Assembly: GCA_030616605.1 (NCBI GenBank)
Contig: JAUWWY010000001.1
Coordinates: forward strand, 198,251 to 240,375
Length of the DNA stretch: 42,125 nucleotides
DNA from: a bacterium
GTDB lineage: Bacteria; Patescibacteriota; Minisyncoccia; Minisyncoccales; CG1-02-41-26
Direction: 5' to 3'
Shown here: one piece after another, positions 38,353-42,125 of the stretch
Layout of the letters: every line of letters begins with the position of its first letter
How positions within the stretch are numbered: position 1 is the first letter of the stretch
The notes under the pieces: model-generated
What the model saw: only the letters and a program-made list of their open reading frames with translations
Databases searched by the model: none
Told to the model about the DNA's origin: nothing
Program-made: the position numbers and the translations under genes

Positions 38353-39075
38353 TTATTTCCATTTTTTAACTGCTTTTTCATAACGTTCCCAAGTACCAGT
38401 ATCTATCCATTCTCCTTGAAATTTGAATCCGGCTAATTTTCCCTGTTTAGCTAATTTGGGGAAAAGGTTGGTTTCTACCATACAAAATTTTGGACCGGGA
38501 TGATAATTAAAAACTTCATCGTTTAAAAGATATAATCCTGAATTAATATAGTTTGTTGGCGGATTTTTTGGTTTTTCTAAAAATTCTTTAACTACTCCAT
38601 TTTTTGTAACCACAACTCCGTAATCCTGAGGATTATTAACCTTAACCAAAGCCAAGAGTGCTGGTTCTTTTCTTTTTTGATAAAAATCTATCATTTTTTT
38701 TAAATCAATTTTTTTCAGTTCATCTCCATTAGTAAGGAAAAACTCCTTTCCTGAAAGTTCTTTTTTTAAATAATAAAGACCGCCAAAAGTTCCCAAAGGT
38801 TTTGTCTCCTCAATTAGTTTAATCTTAAGGACTTGCCCTGAGCCAGTTGAAGGGTAATATCTTTTTTTCCACCAATCAAATTCTTCTTTAAATTCTTTAT
38901 TTATCAATACAAAAATATCTTTTATTCCTTGTTTAGAAAAAAGCTCTACCAGATGATTTATAATCGGCTTTCTTCTTATTGGCAGAAGAGGCTTGGGAAT
39001 TTCATAGGTTATAGGATAAAGCCTAGTCCCCTTTCCCCCAGCCAAAATTACTGCTTTGAGATTTTTTTGGGTCAT
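38353..39075 (-). CDS. Sugar-1-phosphate nucleotidyltransferase (RmlA/GalU-like fold)
   Basis: LKAVILAGGKGTRLYPITYEIPKPLLPI, and WIDTGTWERY near the C-terminus. I chose the start at MTQKN (39075). Confidence 0.8.
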   Translation of the reverse strand: MTQKNLKAVILAGGKGTRLYPITYEIPKPLLPIRRKPIINHLVELFSKQGIKDIFVLINKEFKEEFDWWKKRYYPSTGSGQVLKIKLIEETKPLGTFGGLYYLKKELSGKEFFLTNGDELKKIDLKKMIDFYQKRKEPALLALVKVNNPQDYGVVVTKNGVVKEFLEKPKNPPTNYINSGLYLLNDEVFNYHPGPKFCMVETNLFPKLAKQGKLAGFKFQGEWIDTGTWERYEKAVKKWK

Positions 39076-39128
39076 ATTTATGATATGCTGTATAATATAA
39101 TATAAGTTGCCAAAAATCAAGATTTATT

Positions 39129-40250
39129 ATGTATTTTGTCCATCCTCAAATAAAATTTAATATCAAAAATTTAGGAAATTTGCTTTCCTGTTTTTTTAAA
39201 AAAACCAACTTAGAAAGCCTTAAAAAAGTTGAAGAGATGTTTCCGGCAAAGAAAGTATATTTTACTGATATGGGTCGTTCAGCTTTTCGCTTGATTGTTG
39301 AAGAATTGCAACTCCAAAATTCCCAAATCTTGGTTCCTGCTTATATCTGTGATATTTTCTACTCTATTTTTAAACAATATAACATCTTTCCTATTTTTCT
39401 TGATGTTGACAAGCAGACTTTTAATATAAGCTTAGAAGAGATTGAAAAGAAAATTACTTCCCAAACTAAATCAATTTTGATTTGCCATACTTATGGTCTT
39501 CCCTTCAATATTCAAAAAATCAAAGAAAATTATCAGCTCTTAATTATTGAAGATTGCGCTCATAGTTTTGGAGCAAAAAGAGATGGAAAATTCACTGGAA
39601 ATTTCGGAGATGCTGCCTTTTTTAGCTTGTATAAAATCTTCCCTACTCTTAGAGGTGGAATGGTTGTTTTACCTTCCGGAATTTCAAAAAAATTAGCAAA
39701 AACCAGGTTTTCTCCCCGAGATTTTATTACTCTTTTAAATTGCTGTTCTTTTTTTAGTTTTTTGTTTAAAAAATATGCTGGTAAAGTCGCTCCCAAATAT
39801 ATCAAAAAAGAAAAGCTTGAACAAGTTGGGGCTTTAAACAGAGTTTCTTTAAATATTCTTTCCTGGCAGCTTGAAAATTTTGAAAAAAACTTAAAAAAAA
39901 GAAGAGAATTGGCTTTAATTTTTCAGCAGGAATTAAAAAAAATGGGCTTTGAAACCCAGAATTCAGAAAACAATATTTTTACTTTCTTGAGCGCTTTAGT
40001 TCCAGAAAATATAAATCGTGATGAATTTGTTATTGCTTTAAGAAAAAAAGGAGTCTTCCCAACCCGAATCTGGCATACCCCTATAATTTTAAATCCAGAA
40101 GTTCAAAAAGAATATAATATTGATATTTCTAAATTTCCCAATACTATTGATGTTTCCCAAAGAATTATCAATTTCCCTTTGCAAAACTTTTACAGCCAAA
40201 AAGACATCAAAAAGATGCTAAAAAAAATAAAAGAAACATCAGTAGCCTAA
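39129..40250 (+). CDS. DegT/DnrJ/EryC1/StrS-family PLP-dependent aminotransferase-like protein (divergent)
   Basis: GRSAFRLI, ILVPAYICDIF, IEDCAHSFGAKRDGKFTGNFGDAAFFSLYKIFPTLRGGMVV (candidate PLP Lys in SLYK). Confidence 0.65.
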   Translation: MYFVHPQIKFNIKNLGNLLSCFFKKTNLESLKKVEEMFPAKKVYFTDMGRSAFRLIVEELQLQNSQILVPAYICDIFYSIFKQYNIFPIFLDVDKQTFNISLEEIEKKITSQTKSILICHTYGLPFNIQKIKENYQLLIIEDCAHSFGAKRDGKFTGNFGDAAFFSLYKIFPTLRGGMVVLPSGISKKLAKTRFSPRDFITLLNCCSFFSFLFKKYAGKVAPKYIKKEKLEQVGALNRVSLNILSWQLENFEKNLKKRRELALIFQQELKKMGFETQNSENNIFTFLSALVPENINRDEFVIALRKKGVFPTRIWHTPIILNPEVQKEYNIDISKFPNTIDVSQRIINFPLQNFYSQKDIKKMLKKIKETSVA

Positions 40251-41984
40251 AATTTGGTTTATTTTAGAGCGAGTGGAGGAACCGACAAAGCCGGTTCCTT
40301 TTTTAAATCCTAAGGGAGTTAAAATCTGAGAAGCATATTTTTCCTGAAAGCAAATAACAGCAGCTTGCGTTAAGATACCGAAATAGCCGGTTACTAAACC
40401 TTGAGGATAAATCTCTGAACCTTGAGATTTTAAAAACCCTTGTAAACAACTAACTTGATAATTTCTCATTCCAAAATAAAGATTTTGATTGAACTCTTGG
40501 CAGAAAAACTCTCTTCTTTGGCTGAGGATTTGAGCAATTTTTGCTTGAAGCTCGGCAATCTGAGCTAAGAGAACAGCGATTTGAGCCTTAAGTTCTTCAA
40601 TTAATTTTTCTTCTTTGATTTCAATTGAAAGCGAGAGGGAAAAATCAAAAGAAAGTTCCTCGCCGTTAAATCCAAAAATTTTTGATTGAATTGAAGGAAT
40701 TAAAGTTAAAGAACTATAATCTTTACCAAAATCTTCAAAAGAAATCTCTGCTTTTTGATTTTCATCTATTTTCAAAAAATCGACCTGGCAGCTCTGGCTA
40801 TCTTGACAAAGAACATAAGGAAACTGGAATTGGACTTTATCTTCGCCATTAAATTCTAATTTTAACTCCCCTTCTCCTCCTATAATTCTATACCAATTAC
40901 CTGACCATTGCTTTATTGAATAATCTAAAGAAACGCTGGTTTTTTGGGTTGAGGGCAAGAATATTAATGAAGGAATAATTCTAATGTTTTTTAGATTTTC
41001 ATTTTTATAACAATATTCTTCTCCAAATTGGCAATTATTAAGAAATATGGCTATTGTCCAGTCAGTGAAAATCTCTTCAAATTTCTTCTCAACATCATTT
41101 TTCTCCAAAGCATAATTTAAAGAAGGAATTCCAATTTTTGAAGATTGCAAAGAATCAACTAAAATTTCAATTCCATAATGGTCAATTAAATACTGAGTAA
41201 ATATATTGACTATTCCATAATCCTCTTTTTGGTTTTGCCATTCTGTTAAAGAATCAGAGGGCGAAGCAATAAATTGTCTGACTCTTTGCTGGAGATTGCT
41301 TGCCTGATATTCATCATCATAACCAACTAAGGTTGGCGAATAATCAGCTCTGGCTTCATTGAGCCAGATTTCTTCTGGAACTCCTTGAAGCCGTTCTTTT
41401 TGATTGAAAATTATTAAATGGGTAAATTCATGAGCTAAATAGCTTTTGATAATTGATGTTTTAAGATATTCGGCTGAAAGATAAACCATTTCTCTTTCAT
41501 TTGACCTTTGGTTTTGAATTTTTGAATATTCATCGCCATCGTTAAAATAGCCGCCAGCTTCTTCCTTCATTTGATGAAATAAAATCGTAATATGCTCGTC
41601 GCTGTCAATCCCTGGTTTCCATTCTGACCCATAAGTAGCGGTTAATTTCGGATAAATTGTTTGGTCAAATTCCTGGCTGAGAATTTCTAAATTTTGAAAT
41701 ATTTTCTCTTTCTCACCCTCAGTCAAGTTTTTAAACCATTCATCTTCTAAATAAAAATAGCCCTTTTGAGAAACTTTTTTTAAAATAGCTTCTAGTTCTT
41801 CCCTTATCTCTAAGTCATATTGGGAATTAACAAAAAATTTCTTTATTTGCCCCTCGCTGTCAGCAAAAGCAAAAATTGGGAATAAAAAAATTATCAGGAC
41901 TAAAATAAAAATAAATTTTTTACTGAAATTCTTTGCCATAATTTTTTCCATTTTACCATAAAATTTTTTCAAAACAAAAAACAC
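40239..41984 (-). CDS. Secreted MA-clan (HExxH) metallopeptidase-like protein with a coiled-coil linker and a C-terminal PG_binding_1 peptidoglycan-binding domain
   Basis: Signal-like MAKNFSKKFIFILVLIIFLFPIFAFA (the real start is probably 41939 or 41951). AHEFTHLII...WLNEARADY (HExxH plus a downstream Glu). LKAQIAVLLAQIAELQAKIAQ coiled coil. VSCLQGFLKSQG...GYFGILTQAAVICFQEKY. Confidence 0.7.
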   Translation of the reverse strand: MFFVLKKFYGKMEKIMAKNFSKKFIFILVLIIFLFPIFAFADSEGQIKKFFVNSQYDLEIREELEAILKKVSQKGYFYLEDEWFKNLTEGEKEKIFQNLEILSQEFDQTIYPKLTATYGSEWKPGIDSDEHITILFHQMKEEAGGYFNDGDEYSKIQNQRSNEREMVYLSAEYLKTSIIKSYLAHEFTHLIIFNQKERLQGVPEEIWLNEARADYSPTLVGYDDEYQASNLQQRVRQFIASPSDSLTEWQNQKEDYGIVNIFTQYLIDHYGIEILVDSLQSSKIGIPSLNYALEKNDVEKKFEEIFTDWTIAIFLNNCQFGEEYCYKNENLKNIRIIPSLIFLPSTQKTSVSLDYSIKQWSGNWYRIIGGEGELKLEFNGEDKVQFQFPYVLCQDSQSCQVDFLKIDENQKAEISFEDFGKDYSSLTLIPSIQSKIFGFNGEELSFDFSLSLSIEIKEEKLIEELKAQIAVLLAQIAELQAKIAQILSQRREFFCQEFNQNLYFGMRNYQVSCLQGFLKSQGSEIYPQGLVTGYFGILTQAAVICFQEKYASQILTPLGFKKGTGFVGSSTRSKINQILGY

Positions 41985-42045
41985 TCCAGGAAATCTAAAG
42001 CGTCCTTTGCTTTTTTATCTACGTGCAAGTTTAATTCAAAAAATA

Positions 42046-42125
42046 CTATTGTCCGCTATATAAAGAATTCAGTTTTGCTCGAGTAGTTGAACCAACAAAA
42101 CCAGTACCTTTAGTTAATTCCCAAG
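42046..42125 (-). CDS. 3' end of a gene whose C-terminus resembles that of the preceding PG-binding protein (partial, continues beyond the window)
   Basis: My translation of the - strand gives WELTKGTGFVGSTTRAKLNSLYSGQ-stop (TAG at 42046-42048). Compare KKGTGFVGSSTRSKINQILGY at the end of the 40239-41984 product. Confidence 0.55.
   Translation of the reverse strand, partial: WELTKGTGFVGSTTRAKLNSLYSGQ

Noticed and set aside
38821-38850. Locally GC-richer patch encoding STGSGQV inside the nucleotidyltransferase, considered as a second copy of the 11231-11256 palindrome
   Set aside because: Only 4 bp of self-complementarity (CCCT/AGGG) and no sequence similarity to the 11231-11256 element. It is most simply a loop insertion in the protein.

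Overview
This is an AT-rich window of roughly 30% G+C by eye, read with the standard bacterial code (TGA acts as a stop, for example at the end of gltX). The style is that of a small-genome, Patescibacteria/CPR-like bacterium, which is an inference from gene content and architecture, not a database result. Positions 1-9.2 kb hold housekeeping genes: murG (5'-truncated), gltX, rpmA, pyrG, rplI and an S41 C-terminal processing protease. They are interrupted by a tandem pair of tyrosine recombinase genes, and the first of these carries an unusual C-terminal nuclease-like extension. Positions 9.2-40.2 kb form one very large cell-surface glycan locus. It has a Wzy/O-antigen-ligase-like protein with TPR repeats, a priming polyprenyl-phosphate sugar transferase, about 8 glycosyltransferases, 5 methyltransferases and a Wzx-like flippase. 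It also has three nucleotide-sugar modules: a GDP-heptose module (transaldolase-gmhB-gmhA-oxidoreductase-SDR-hddA-hddC-epimerase), a GDP-fucose module (gmd-gmm-fcl) with a plant-type GDP-mannose 3,5-epimerase, and an NDP-amino-sugar module (nucleotidyltransferase, epimerase, DegT-type aminotransferase). Two genes in the locus are disrupted: an A9 homopolymer frameshift in the hddC-like gene and an in-frame TAA in a methyltransferase. At 35.0-35.9 kb a conspicuously G+C-richer single-gene cassette sits between two glycan operons. It has its own consensus promoter, SD and terminator, and it encodes an orphan protein with a degenerate Nudix box. It is the best candidate here for something undescribed. 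The window ends with a secreted MA-clan metallopeptidase-like protein carrying a peptidoglycan-binding domain, plus a fragment of a second protein with a similar C-terminus. I saw no rRNA, tRNA, CRISPR array or transposase.
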